From Octopus vulgaris (lineage: Eukaryota), in assembly GCA_951406725.2 (NCBI GenBank), contig OX597832.1:20646001-20710000 (forward strand): a stretch of DNA of 64,000 nucleotides. Direction: 5' to 3'. Below, piece after piece: positions 13,799-25,669 of the stretch. The notes under the pieces are model-generated. The model was not told the origin of the DNA, searched no databases, and saw only the letters and a list, made by a program, of their open reading frames with translations. The stretch's first letter is position 1, and each line of letters starts with the position of its first letter. The translations under genes and the position numbers were made by a program.

Positions 13799-14255
13799 AG
13801 TGTGTATGTGTGTATGTGTGTGTGTGTGTGTGTGTGTATAAATACATCCAGACACAGACACAGGTATATTTCTGACAAAGCGACAAGCAATGGGTCTGAA
13901 CCCGGAAACGTGTGATTGAGTGACAGCATCCGTACCGCACTGTTTGCACATAGATTGGACCTCTCTTACGTATCTGTACACGTTGCTTGCGTGTGCAATG
14001 TTTTTCTTTCTTTCTCTGTTTTTTTTTTTCATTTTTCATGCTTTTTCGTTTGCGCCAGCATTAAACGTAATCCTTACAGTATCGAACAGGTGTTCTATGA
14101 CCAGGTGGCGTGTATGTATAGAGACCTATGTAATATGAAGGTATCAACTAACGGAGGAGGAGATGCTGCCTCCTTAAATGGATGTAACGGAAAATATATG
14201 ACGAAAATTGGGGACAAAAAGAAAATTACACATACATATATACATATATATATAC

Positions 14256-14371
<116 letters not shown>

Positions 14372-14593
14372 ATATGTATGTATATATATAACCCCATAAA
14401 AGGAGAAGGATTACAAAAGAAAAGTGTAGGAACAACAACAAACAAACCAACACCAACCCTACTAATAGTAATTCGGCAAAAGTACGGCAATGAACAATCA
14501 ACATTGCCACGACGTCTTGTTCTTCGTTTCCTTCTTTTCTTCACTCTTCCTCTTCTTCGTCTTGTTCTTCTAATGTAATCTTCATTATTATTA

Positions 14594-14633
<40 letters not shown>

Positions 14634-14689
14634 CATCATCATAATCATTATTAATATTGATCCTCTTCTCCTAATTCCTCTTCGTCGTC

Positions 14690-15062
14690 TTCTTCTTCTT
14701 CCACTTCTTCCACTTCTTCTCCTTCCTCTTCCCTCCTTTTCTTCTCTTTATCCTCCCCCTCTTCTTCTTCTTCTTCTTCTTCTTCTTCCTCTTTTTTCTT
14801 CTTTTTCTTCTTCTCCTTCTTCTTCTTCTTCCGCTTCTTCTTTCTTCTTCTTCTTCCGCTTCTTCTTCTTCTTCTTCTTCCGCTTCTTCTTTCTTCTTCT
14901 TCTTCTTCTTCTTCTTTCTTCTTCTTCTTCTTCTTCTTCTTCTTCTTCTTCTTCTTCTTCTTCTTCTTCTTCCGCTTCTTCTTCCTGTTTTTTCTTTCTG
15001 TTTCTTCTTCTTCTTCTTCTTCTTCTTCTTCTTCTTCTTCTTCTTCTACTTCTTCATTTTCT
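14690..15062. repeat. (TTC)n trinucleotide tract
   Basis: Long interrupted TTC run. Confidence 0.95.
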
Positions 15063-15691
15063 TCACTTACTACTACTACTACTACTACTACTACTAATAC
15101 TACTACTGGTAATAGTAGTAGCAGTTATGCTGCTGCTGCCACTTGACATGGTGGTGGTAACGATGATAGCGATGATGACGATAGTAATGATGGCGACGAT
15201 GATAATAATATGAAGAAGTAAAATGACAACAATAACAAGAAAAAGAAGAAAATACCAACAATAAGAAGGATAACAACATCAATATCAACATAATAATAAA
15301 AACAAATTTAAAAATAAAAATAACAATAATAATGATGATCATGATGATAGTAATAATAACATTAATCAAAGGTTCGGTCGCAGCATGGGACCGAGGGAGA
15401 CACAAAGGGTTTTTCTGGTTGGTGGAATGAGGGCGGGAAGCGACCTGGAAAAACATTGCAGCGGTTTCTTATGTTCAGGTGGTAAAGTAGTCATCCATTA
15501 ATAATAAACAACGTTGACAATGCTAACAATAATATCGTCCATCCTCCCCCAACACCACCAGCACACACCCCGCATCACTGCCCCACCTCTCTATCTAACT
15601 ATCTATCCATCTGTCTATATATCCATTTATCTATCTATCTACATATCTATCTGTCTGTCTGTGTATCTATCTATCTATCTACCAATATATT

Positions 15692-15729
<38 letters not shown>

Positions 15730-15816
15730 TCTATCTATATATCTATTTATCTACTCTGTCTATCTATCTATCTATCTATCCATCCCTCTATCTCTCTATT
15801 TCTCTATCTATCTCTA

Positions 15817-15848
<32 letters not shown>

Positions 15849-15870
15849 CACCCCCTCTCTCTCTCTCTAT

Positions 15871-15938
<68 letters not shown>

Positions 15939-16412
15939 GTCTGTCTATCTGTCTGTCTATCTATCTCTCACACTTTCTCACTTGTATACACTAGTTCACA
16001 TACGCATACACGCACTCATATACACATATATGTGGTGAGAGAGCATATAATTTGAATCCAGACTGGAAGTTATAGGTTGTTTTCTGGGTAGGTAAGTATG
16101 TATGTATGTATGTATGAATATATGTATGTATATATGCATGTGTGTATGCACTATGTATGTATGCGTGTATATATATATTTATGACTTCATGTATGTATTT
16201 ATGTATGCATGTATGTATGTATGTATGTATACAAGCATGTATGTATGTATGCATGTATGTATATATACAAGCACGTATGTATGGATGTATATATACAAGC
16301 ATGTATGTATGTATAAATGCATGTATGCATGGCTGAATATATCTGTTATGTCTGTATACATGTATATATGTCTGTATGTACACATACAATTTGTATGTAA
16401 GTACCTACGTAT

Positions 16413-16774
16413 TACTCTTTTACTCTTTTACTTGTTTCAGTCATTTGACTGCGGCCATGCTGGAGCACCGCCTTTTAGTACTTATTCTATCGGTCTCTTT
16501 TGCCGAACCGCTAAGTAACGGGGACATAAGCACACCAGCATCGGTTGTCAAGCAATGCTAGGGGGACAAACACAAACACACACATACATACATATATATA
16601 TATATATATACGACAGGCTTCTTTCAGTTTCCGTCTACCAAATCCACTCACAAGGCTTTGGTCGGCCCGGGGCTACAGTAGAAGACACTTGCCCAAGATG
16701 CCACGCAGTGGGACTGAACCCGGAACCATGTGGCAGGTAGACAAGCTACTTACCACACAGCCACTCCTGCGCCT
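16413..16774 (-). mobile_element. tRNA-derived SINE, type A, near full length
   Basis: Minus strand head AGGCGCAGGAGTGGCTGTGTGGTAAG...GGGTTCAGTCCC (Pol III A/B boxes), CORE-like CTTGGGCAAGTG, internal (TA)/(TG) tract, tail ending AGTAAAAGAGTA repeats. Confidence 0.9.
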
Positions 16775-17069
16775 GTCTGTATGAATGTACTACTTGTGCA
16801 TGTATATACATTTATATGTATGTACGTACGTATGTATGTACGAATGTGCGTATGTGTTTATGAAAGCATGTATGTATGTTGGTAGGTATGTTGGTAGCTA
16901 CGGATGGAGGGAGGATGTTGGTTAGATGACTAGGTATGTAGATAGAGGTGGGGATAGTTTGGAAGGGATTTATGGTGAGAGGGAAGGAATTAGCGAGACA
17001 AATCCCACATCCTTTGACAGCCCCTACAGAACCGACAGGAACATCACAAGAAGGGAACAGTAACCGCTG

Positions 17070-17559
17070 CTGCTGCTGTTGCTGGGGTTGACGACGATGG
17101 TGATGAGGATGATGCTGATTATGATGATGGTGGTGTTGTTTTTGGTGGTAGTGGTGGTGGTGGTTGTGGTGGTGATGATGATGATGCTAGTGGTGGTGGT
17201 GGCGGCCGTGGTGGTGGTTGTGGTGTTGATGATGATGATGCTTGTGCTGTGGTGTTGTTGCTGATGATGATGATGGTGGGAATGGTAGTGATTGGTTGTA
17301 ATTACAGTGATGAGGTTAGCCACGATGATGATGATATTGGTAGTGATGTTGGTGAAGGTGATGGTAGTTATGGTGATGATGGTGGTAGAGGCGGTGTTGT
17401 TGTTGTTGTTGTTGTTGTTATTGGTGGTGGTGGTGGTGGTGGTGGTTGTGTTAATCGTTGACGCCGTGGTCGTCCTTCCGTTGTCGTGGTGTTGGCACTA
17501 GTGAAGATGATGATGATGATGATGATGATGATGGTGATGATGGCGATGATGGCGATGAC

Positions 17560-17603
<44 letters not shown>

Positions 17604-17655
17604 AAAAGTTGCTGTTGTGGTGGTGGTGGTGATGATGATGATGATCATCATCATG
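17070..17655. repeat. Compound (GAT)/(GGT)/(GTT) triplet region
   Basis: Degenerate triplet runs. Confidence 0.9.
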
Positions 17656-18257
17656 AAGAGGAGGGCGAGGAAGAAACTGATGATGCCGCTAAGACGAATA
17701 ATTTATCTTAGATTAGTAAAAGAACGAGCAATCTTCACTAAAGCATTATTAGCCGAATGCAATAATAAAAAGAAAACAAAAAAATGAAACGTTTCAGCTA
17801 CAATTCCTACATACAACTGAGAAAGCTGCTTTTTATCGACCTCACTAAACATAGCAGCCAAATCCGTTCCTCAAATCAAAGCCCTACCGTCTGGAAAAAT
17901 GGGATAAAGAGAAGACATGCCGAAATAAGAATAGGAAGATAGAAAGTTAATATCTGAGAAAAAATATACTCTGAACGTCATGGCGCTACAAAATTACCAT
18001 TTCGGTCAATTAGGAATTGCCAAGGAATAACAACCACCACTAATACTACTACTGTTATAGTGGAATTCGATTTTGCTAACAATTATATATATATAATTAC
18101 ATATATATAAGAGGGATGACCACTAATTGGACATCCATATGCTAGAAGTCGACCCCCTATAGTCTTACCACTAAGAAAAGAATGTTCTCAAGAAATTTTA
18201 GCAAACCTCAGAACGTAAGCGAGCAAGACAAATGAAAAGATACAAAATATACAGATT

Positions 18258-18330
18258 AATCACAAACCAGTTTCTTTGTTACCACTTACGTAATCACTTG
18301 CGTAGATGTCCGCCACTTGTCAGTGTAATC
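18258..18330 (-). ncRNA. Degenerate hammerhead motif (G8A)
   Basis: Minus strand GAUUACA-CUGACAA-...-GAAAC-UG-GUU-UGUGAUU. Stem I pairs 7 bp including G-U. The changes fit CpG decay from CUGACGA and GAAACCGGU. Stem II is poorly paired. Confidence 0.4.
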
Positions 18331-18602
18331 GCCATAGCAAAATATAATTTGCAGAACTATACACAGAGCGTCTGCATGAGATTGAATATTTATATAGTTC
18401 TACCAATTACATTTGGGGTAATATTTCAACTAGTAATATATCTAACTAGTCTAGATCTGCTCATATCTGAACACTGCTTTGGGTTAACGCTTCGTTGTTT
18501 ACCTTAATCGGGCGATCTACTAGCGTAAATCAGTCAATGTAATGACCGGATTATACATAAAGCTATAGCTTTCTATAGCTTGCCTCACTTGGGTACATTT
18601 CA

Positions 18603-18655
18603 TTGACGAGAGCCAAAATAGCTTGAAAGATCAATGTCGCTCGAAACATCGTGTC
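18603..18655 (+). ncRNA. Degenerate hammerhead motif (C3U)
   Basis: UUGACGA-GAGC-(25 nt)-GCUC-GAAA-CA-ucg-UGUC. Stems II and III are well formed with a GUC triplet; stem I is eroded. Confidence 0.5.
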
Positions 18656-18820
18656 AGATTCCTAATAGTGGGTGATACAACGAACCGGTGTTTTAACACC
18701 ATTTTACCATAAGAGAGAGTTTTCTTCACGGTAACTGCAAACAATTTGCGTTTTAGCAGTTAAAATTGGTGACAAACATATTTCAACTACCCTAGACCTT
18801 GCTCATTCAAATATACACAA

Positions 18821-18921
<101 letters not shown>

Positions 18922-19741
18922 TGAGCATATGTGCAAAGATATGCATATACATATATGTATATATATTTAAATATATCTATGTGTGTGTGAAGTGGGTGAG
19001 TCTGTGTATGTGCATGTGGTATCTTTAGGTGTGAGTGTACTCACGTGCGTATGTGTATATGTTGCTTGTCTGTATGTGTGTATGCACGTCGATGAGTGTG
19101 TGTGTATGTGTTGTGTATATGAAGCATGTATATATGAAGACGAAGACAGTTAAATTGATAGTGTGAGAAAGAGAGTAAAATGAGTGAATGAGTGATTGAG
19201 TGAGTGAGTAAATGAGTGAGAGAGTGAGTGAGTGAGAGAGTGTGGGAGAGAGATAGAGAGTATACAAGAAGGAAAAGAGACATCTTATGAACATGTTATA
19301 GGATGATATATATGTATATATACATTCTTTTATATATGTGTAGAAACCGATAAAATCCTTAGAACTAAGGTAAGACATGCGCAAAGGAACAGATTTAAAA
19401 TTTCCAACAAGAAATCACTTGGTTATGATATTATTTGTTTGTTTGTTTGTATCGCGTATTATATATAATTATACTAATATGACACGCTTCAGTGGCTTCT
19501 ATAAGAATTCATCCATGCACCGTTTTGTATATATACGAAATCCCATCATGGAAATTTCAATCTTTCTTTGAGGATGAATGTAGAAAAAAAAAATATCAGA
19601 GTAGAAAGCAAAAATAAAAAAAAAAACTGGATAAATAGATAAATAAAAGTCATACAGGAAGTGGTAAAGAAATAATTTTAAGGATGAAATGAAATTATCT
19701 CCCTACCTACATACTTATATATATATATATATATATATATG

Positions 19742-19797
<56 letters not shown>

Positions 19798-20172
19798 ATG
19801 TATGGATGTGTATAGATGTATGTGTGTATATATATCTATAGCTATCTATCTATCTATATCTATATCTATATACATATATATTTGTTTATATGTATATATA
19901 AGTATATATATATATATTTAAATATGTATGTTTATTATATATTTAAGTGCATATGTATATATGTGTGTGTATGCATGTGTGTATGTATTTCTTCATAGAT
20001 TGATAGATACAGCCAGACAGAGAATGAGTGAGAGAAATATCGTCTTTCTATCTATTCTACACACATGTATGTATACACTCGCTTCCATATATACAAAAAA
20101 TGTATATGGATACATACGTATATATATATATATATATGTATATATACGCATATGTACAGGTATCTATCTATC

Positions 20173-20220
<48 letters not shown>

Positions 20221-20598
20221 CACACACACATATATATAGGTATATATATGTATATATATATGTGTGTGTGTGTCTGTGTGTGTGTGTGAGTATATGTATG
20301 TATGTATGTATGTATGTTTGTATGTACGTATGTATGTATGCCTTCATGTATGTAAGTATATATGTTTGTACATGCTTGCACGGAGAAAGGCAGACACGTA
20401 GCATGTAATAGAAACAAGGAAATAATTGCTTTACGTGAAAGGAAATATGGCGAATTAGAGCTATTAACATAAATCGAAATACTATAACATATAGACACAC
20501 ACACACGCACTGACTCACACACAGAAACACATACACACATACATACACACACACACATATATACAGAGAGAGAGAGAGAGAGAGAGAGGGAAAAAGAC

Positions 20599-20672
<74 letters not shown>

Positions 20673-20802
20673 GCTATCCCTAAATATAAAGATAATAGCA
20701 ATAAACCAAAAATTGAATGAAATATATAAATAATAAAGAAATTAATTTTAAAAAATACCGTAGGATGTGTACATACAGATATATAGGTAGATCGTTTAAT
20801 CT

Positions 20803-20853
<51 letters not shown>

Positions 20854-20972
20854 CATACATACATACATACATACATACATACATACATACATACATACAT
20901 ACATACATACATACATACATGGTGTCACGATCACATATAAATACATGCACTCGTGAACGCACACACACACAT

Positions 20973-21004
<32 letters not shown>

Positions 21005-21778
21005 CATATATACATTCATAGATACATAGGTACCTACGTATATATCAAGTGTAGAAAAAGCAGAATGAGAGATAGAGAGAGAGAGAGATTGGGAGAGAGA
21101 TAACTGAAAGAAACCAAATGCAAAACAGAATACAGAAATGATAAAGAAATTAAGAAATAATGGCAAAAAGGCAGAAAGAGAGAATAAGATGGAGGATTAA
21201 AAGAAATAAAATAAAATAAAATAGGGATGGAAGCGAAAATTGATAGAAAAATAAAAGAAAGAAATTATAACAGAAAATAGATTTAAAATTGCGCATTCAT
21301 CTAATGCGCCTCAAATGATCATTTATCGAGGCATTCTTCTGCTGTATTTCCTCCAAACATGGCCACTTCGCAGCGATGTTCAAAGATTTTGATGAAATCT
21401 GTTTAGTTTTGATTTCTTTAAATATACTTCATTGCGTCATATATTCTTTAATTTCATAGTTTTTTTTTATAATTTCGATGTTTGTTTCGTTTTTTTTTTT
21501 TTAAGATTTGGATTATTTTAGATATTTTTATTTTTGTCTTTTTTTTATTCTCCGCTTCTTTTTTCTACCGCTTCTTGTTGGAAGCCATTTGCTTCGCTTG
21601 AAGTAAACTACATTTAAACTTAATTTTCGAATTTAGCCTATGTGATTGTGTTTTGTACGTCTGCGTATACGTGAGTAACGAAAAAAATATTCAGCTTCCT
21701 GTACACATAGACATACGCACAGAAGCGCACACATCCAAAGATACATACGCATGCGCATGAGCACACACATACATGTTA

Positions 21779-21822
<44 letters not shown>

Positions 21823-21924
21823 AGTATGTATATATATACATACATATATATGTCTATAACAGTATGTATGTATATACATACATATATATGTATATATATA
21901 CATATATATATATATGTATGTGTC

Positions 21925-21956
<32 letters not shown>

Positions 21957-21960
21957 CTTT

Positions 21961-22092
21961 ATTTAAAAGCAGCAGAAATTCAACAAAAGCTGTTACTCGG
22001 AGTTTCACGTTCCCGTCCGTCGAACTCTCCGACGAACGGGAACGTGAAACTCCGAGTAAGAGCTTTTGTTGACATTTCTGCTGCTTTTAAAT
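21961..22092. repeat. Long imperfect palindrome (about 62-bp arms, short spacer)
   Basis: ATTTAAAAGCAGCAGAAATTCAACAAAAGCTGTTACTCGGAGTTTCACGTTCCCGTCCGTCG is the reverse complement of CGACGAACGGGAACGTGAAACTCCGAGTAAGAGCTTTTGTTGACATTTCTGCTGCTTTTAAAT with few mismatches. Confidence 0.95.
22025..22062 (+). ncRNA. Variant hammerhead-like fold (U4C core) in the right arm of a long palindrome
   Basis: CUCU-CCGACGA-ACG-GGAA-CGU-GAAA-CU-CCG-AGUA-AGAG. Stem I CUCU/AGAG, stem II capped by a GNRA tetraloop, stem III ACU/AGU, GUA triplet. Core differs from CUGANGA at position 4. Confidence 0.55.
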
Positions 22093-22166
22093 TATGCATA
22101 TTAACTCTACCTTTGGTATTTGACTACTCTTTTTTCCACCTTGTTTCACATTTATGTGTTTATTCC

Positions 22167-22242
<76 letters not shown>

Positions 22243-22280
22243 TTAAATTACATATATAAATATATACGAACGTATAAATC

Positions 22281-22672
22281 TCGGGTCATCCCATAAATAA
22301 TGCGGTTTCTTTATACTTTTACTTTTCAAAATTAAGATAAACAAAGTTCGTATTTAAATCTAAAATATACTCTACTTCATTTTCTACAATTATCCTCCAT
22401 CTATCTGGTAAACTCGAAAATTCACTTGTCCGTGACAAAAACACTCCTCCAGTACTGTCCTCACTCCGTTTACAGAATTTATACTTTTTCACTCCATATG
22501 ATTTTGAAGACTGCGGCATAAATAATAATCACACAATGTCCGGCGAATATGGTGGGTCCGGCATCGTCTCCCATTGAAACTCTTCCAGCCTTTAGAATGT
22601 GATCCTCGACTTATGTGGCCGATAGAAGAAGACCTTTCGTCTTGGAACCATAGATGGTCGTTTTGAATCTCT
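22281..22672 (-). mobile_element. Mariner transposase remnant (3' end plus one TIR)
   Basis: Minus strand fragments KRPSMVPRRKVFF, RPHKSRIT, WETMPDPPYSPDI, DYYLCRSLQN and LPDRWRIIVENEVEYI match the mariner YSPDLAPSDY region and C-terminus. TIR-like TCGGGTCATCCCATAAATAATGCGG at 22281. Confidence 0.85.
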
Positions 22673-22818
22673 TGTGGTAGCGAAGAACAAATGAGATAAA
22701 GCAGTAAGAGATAAATTAAAAGTGATTGAATCGCTTATGACTGACCAAAGCCTTGTGAGCAGATGTGGTAGAGAGATATTGTCTGTACAGGTGCAGAGTA
22801 CGCTTAACATAAAACTTG

Positions 22819-23598
22819 GAAGACCTCGCAGAGCAGCGTTAAATGAACTGCTTTTCCCAATAACACAACGTACCAGTCGGACCGGCGATCGAAAGCCGCG
22901 ATCCTGATATCGTGAGGGAAACAACTTAACTACTACGTCATGCGACCTGCACTGTAACAGAATCTTTAGCTCGGTAATGGAATATATATACTCTACTCTT
23001 TTTACTCTTTTTACTTGTTTCAGTCATTTGACTTCGGCCATGCTGGAGCACCGCCTTTAGTCGAGCAAATCGACCCCGGGACTTATTCTTTGTAAGCCCA
23101 GTACTTATTCTATCGGTCTCTTTTGCCGAACCGCTAAGTTACGGGGACGTAAACACACCAGCATCGGTTGTCAAGCAATGCTAGGGGAACAAACACAGAC
23201 ACAAACATATTCACATATTCACACACACTTATATATATATACATATATACGACAGGCTTCTTTCAGTTTCCATCTACCAAATCCACTCACAAGGCATTGG
23301 TCGACCCGGGGCTATAGCAGAAGACACTTGCCCAAGACGCCACGCAGTGGGACTGAACCCGGAACCATGTGGTTGGTTAGCAAGCTACTTACCAAACAGC
23401 CAAAGCATTTCTGCCTAAAGATTACACAGGGCTAAAATTCCATTGCCGAGCTAAAGATTGTTACAATGCAGGTTGCATGAAGTAGTAGTTAAGTTGTTTC
23501 CCTCACGATATAAAGATCGCGGTTTCGATCGCCGGACCGACTGGTACGTTGTGTTCTTGTGAAAAGCAGTTCATTTAACGCTGCTCCACGAGGTCTTC
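22819..23598. repeat. Inverted duplication (arms 22819-22983 and 23437-23598) enclosing a SINE A
   Basis: GAAGACCTCGCAGAGCAGCGTTAAATGAACTGCTTTTC...TCTTTAGCTCGGTAATGGAAT is the reverse complement of ATTCCATTGCCGAGCTAAAGA...GAAAAGCAGTTCATTTAACGCTGCTCCACGAGGTCTTC with scattered mismatches. Confidence 0.93.
22989..23401 (-). mobile_element. SINE type A, near full length
   Basis: Co-linear and highly similar to 16413-16774. Confidence 0.9.
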
Positions 23599-23606
23599 TA
23601 TATATA

Positions 23607-23819
23607 TATCGTGAAGCATATTTGCCACCTAAATGTGGCTAACCCTTAAGGGTGGATGCTACTGCAGCTTGTAGCCCCAGGAGGACTCCTCATCCAGCTG
23701 GTTATTGACACACTTTCTGTGCCCTATCAGTATTTGCAAAGGGAAGTCACCTTTCCCATCTTCAACTTGACGTGACACACACGGAGCCGGGTTTCTAGTG
23801 ACACATATACTTCACGATA
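23607..23819. mobile_element. Unclassified MITE-like element with 22-bp terminal inverted repeats
   Basis: TATCGTGAAGCATATTTGCCAC versus the reverse complement of the right end TATCGTGAAGTATATGTGTCAC (19/22). TA context on both sides. Confidence 0.65.
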
Positions 23820-23906
23820 TCGTGCAGTTACTGTGTATACCTCGCTCAGAGATTTATTATATATATATATATATGCGTGTGTGTGTGTATGTGTGTGTGT
23901 GTGTGT

Positions 23907-24213
23907 GGAGGCGCAGTGGCTCAGTGGTTAGGGCAACGAACTCGCGGTCGTAGGATCGCGGTTTCGATTCCCAGACCGGGTGTTGTGAGTGTTTATTGAG
24001 GGAAAACATCTAAAGTTCCACGAGGATCCGGCAGGGGGTGGTGGCGATCCCTGCTGTACCCTTTCGTCACAACTTTCCCTCACTCTTTCTTCTGTTGTCC
24101 TGCTCGTTTAGCCAGCGGGGTGGCGTCATTTGGATGCTAAAACAATGCCCAAGCGCATTGTGACCAGCGATGTGCAGCAACATCTGATAGCCTGGTCGGT
24201 CACGGTGATCACG

Positions 24214-24217
<4 letters not shown>
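23907..24217 (+). mobile_element. tRNA-derived SINE type C
   Basis: GGAGGCGCAGTGGCTCAGTGGTTAGG (A box)...GGTTTCGATTCCC (B box); tail ends in CACGGTGAT repeats. Confidence 0.85.
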
Positions 24218-24259
<42 letters not shown>

Positions 24260-24297
24260 AATAAATGAAAGAATGGAGTTGAACGACGAATTAACAA

Positions 24298-24400
24298 AAT
24301 TCCTTTATATTCGACATATGTTTCGAAAGCTGCATATTCCTAATTTCGAAGGAATAAGGGGTGCATTATGCCGCCTTCTCATCAGGAAAAACAAGGAATT
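24298..24400 (-). ncRNA. Type I hammerhead ribozyme fold, complete catalytic core
   Basis: Minus strand reads AAUUCCUUGUUUUUC-CUGAUGA-GAAGGCGGCA-uaaugcacccc-u-UAUUCCU-ucgaaauu-AGGAAUA-UGCAGCUUUC-GAAA-C-AUAU-GUC-GAAUAUAAAGGAAUU. Core CUGAUGA/GAAA/GUC is intact. Stem I pairs 12 of 15 positions with an internal loop. Stem II pairs 9 of 10 and carries an extra hairpin. Stem III is minimal, with palindromic ACAUAUGU. Confidence 0.85.
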
Positions 24401-24469
24401 ATCCATAATAAGATAATTCAAGGATAAAACAAGGAATTATCCATAATAAGATAATTCATTCAACTACTC

Positions 24470-24511
<42 letters not shown>

Positions 24512-25194
24512 TCATCTACAAATACATTTATACATCTATGTCTACATTTACCTATTGGCATTCTTACCAATATGCACATACCTACGGTATTAACGTTTTC
24601 TCTATGATTTTTTTCTGTTTTTAACTTGTACTATATTTTGGGCATACCCATAAACTGTCGATCAAGTTGTGTGTGCGTGTTTGTTTGCGTAGGTGTGTGT
24701 GGATGTGTTTGTGTATGCGTGTAACTGTGCGTGTATGTGTGTATATGTGTGTGTAAAAGTACAGACAGAATGGTAAGTAGATAAATACGGTGTAGCATCT
24801 ATCTAGCTTTAACCTATAAGTGATATATCGACTGCACTCATTTAAATGAAGTCGGCAACCTCTCCTATCGGTTAGTCATTGTGCCAGCTCACAGAAGACA
24901 AAAAAGATATATCATAAAGCCAACTATATTTGCTAAGCGCTATTGAGATTTTATATAAAATTGTATATTTGTTTGGTGTACACTTTAGATTTACCTTGAG
25001 ATTTCCGCAACAGAATTCTCGCTCATAAAATATCTCAGAATGAATTGAACACTTGTTGGGATTTTGTTTGCAGTTATGTTATTTATTACTTTATTCTTGA
25101 ATAATTTTGTTGCTTATTGTTTTGATGCTTTAAGTAAACACACACACACACAGACGTACATTAAATATTCACTCGCTCTCTCTCTCTCTCTCTC

Positions 25195-25447
25195 TCACTC
25201 ATTCTATCTGTTTATTTATCTATCTATTGCTATCCCCCTCTCTTGCTTTCTCGCTCTCTCTTTCTCCCCCTCTCTTGCTTTCTCGCTCTCTCTTTCTCCT
25301 CTCTCTCTCTCTCTCTCTCTCTGTCACTCATTCTATCTGTTTATTTATCTATCTATTGCTATCCCCCTCTCTTGCTTTCTCGCTCTCTATTTCTCCCCCT
25401 CTCTTGCTTTCTCTCTCTCTCTTTCTCCCCCCTCTCTCTCTCTCTCT
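25195..25447. repeat. Local tandem duplication of about 125 bp in a CT-rich tract
   Basis: CACTCATTCTATCTGTTTATTTATCTATCTATTGCTATCCCCCTCTCTTGCTTTCTCGCTCTCT occurs twice. Confidence 0.85.
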
Positions 25448-25669
25448 GAAATTTTCTGTAGCTCTGTCGTTATTTTTCTGTTTATGTATGTAGGTGTAGT
25501 AAATATATGGCCCGGTGGTTTCGGTGTTAATATTAACATTGTGGTTTCGATTCCTGAATCTAGCAATGTGATATATTTATTCCCGAGCAAAAAAATTTAA
25601 TTTTTATCGCTCTAGACCATTCCAAATAACTCTACGCCTTAATATACAACTGCAGGCTCCGAGAAGCTT

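Noticed and set aside
14059-14140. Possible 82-nt exon (polypyrimidine tract + CAG ... AAG|GTATCA; [27 protein letters not shown])
   Set aside because: Weak donor site, no recognisable protein similarity and no partner exons; cannot be supported without RNA data.
23907-23980. tRNA-like sequences (also 48428, 52964, 63567, 1220-1290 and SINE A heads)
   Set aside because: A and B boxes are present, but they run into SINE bodies and lack a complete cloverleaf; they are SINE heads, not tRNA genes.
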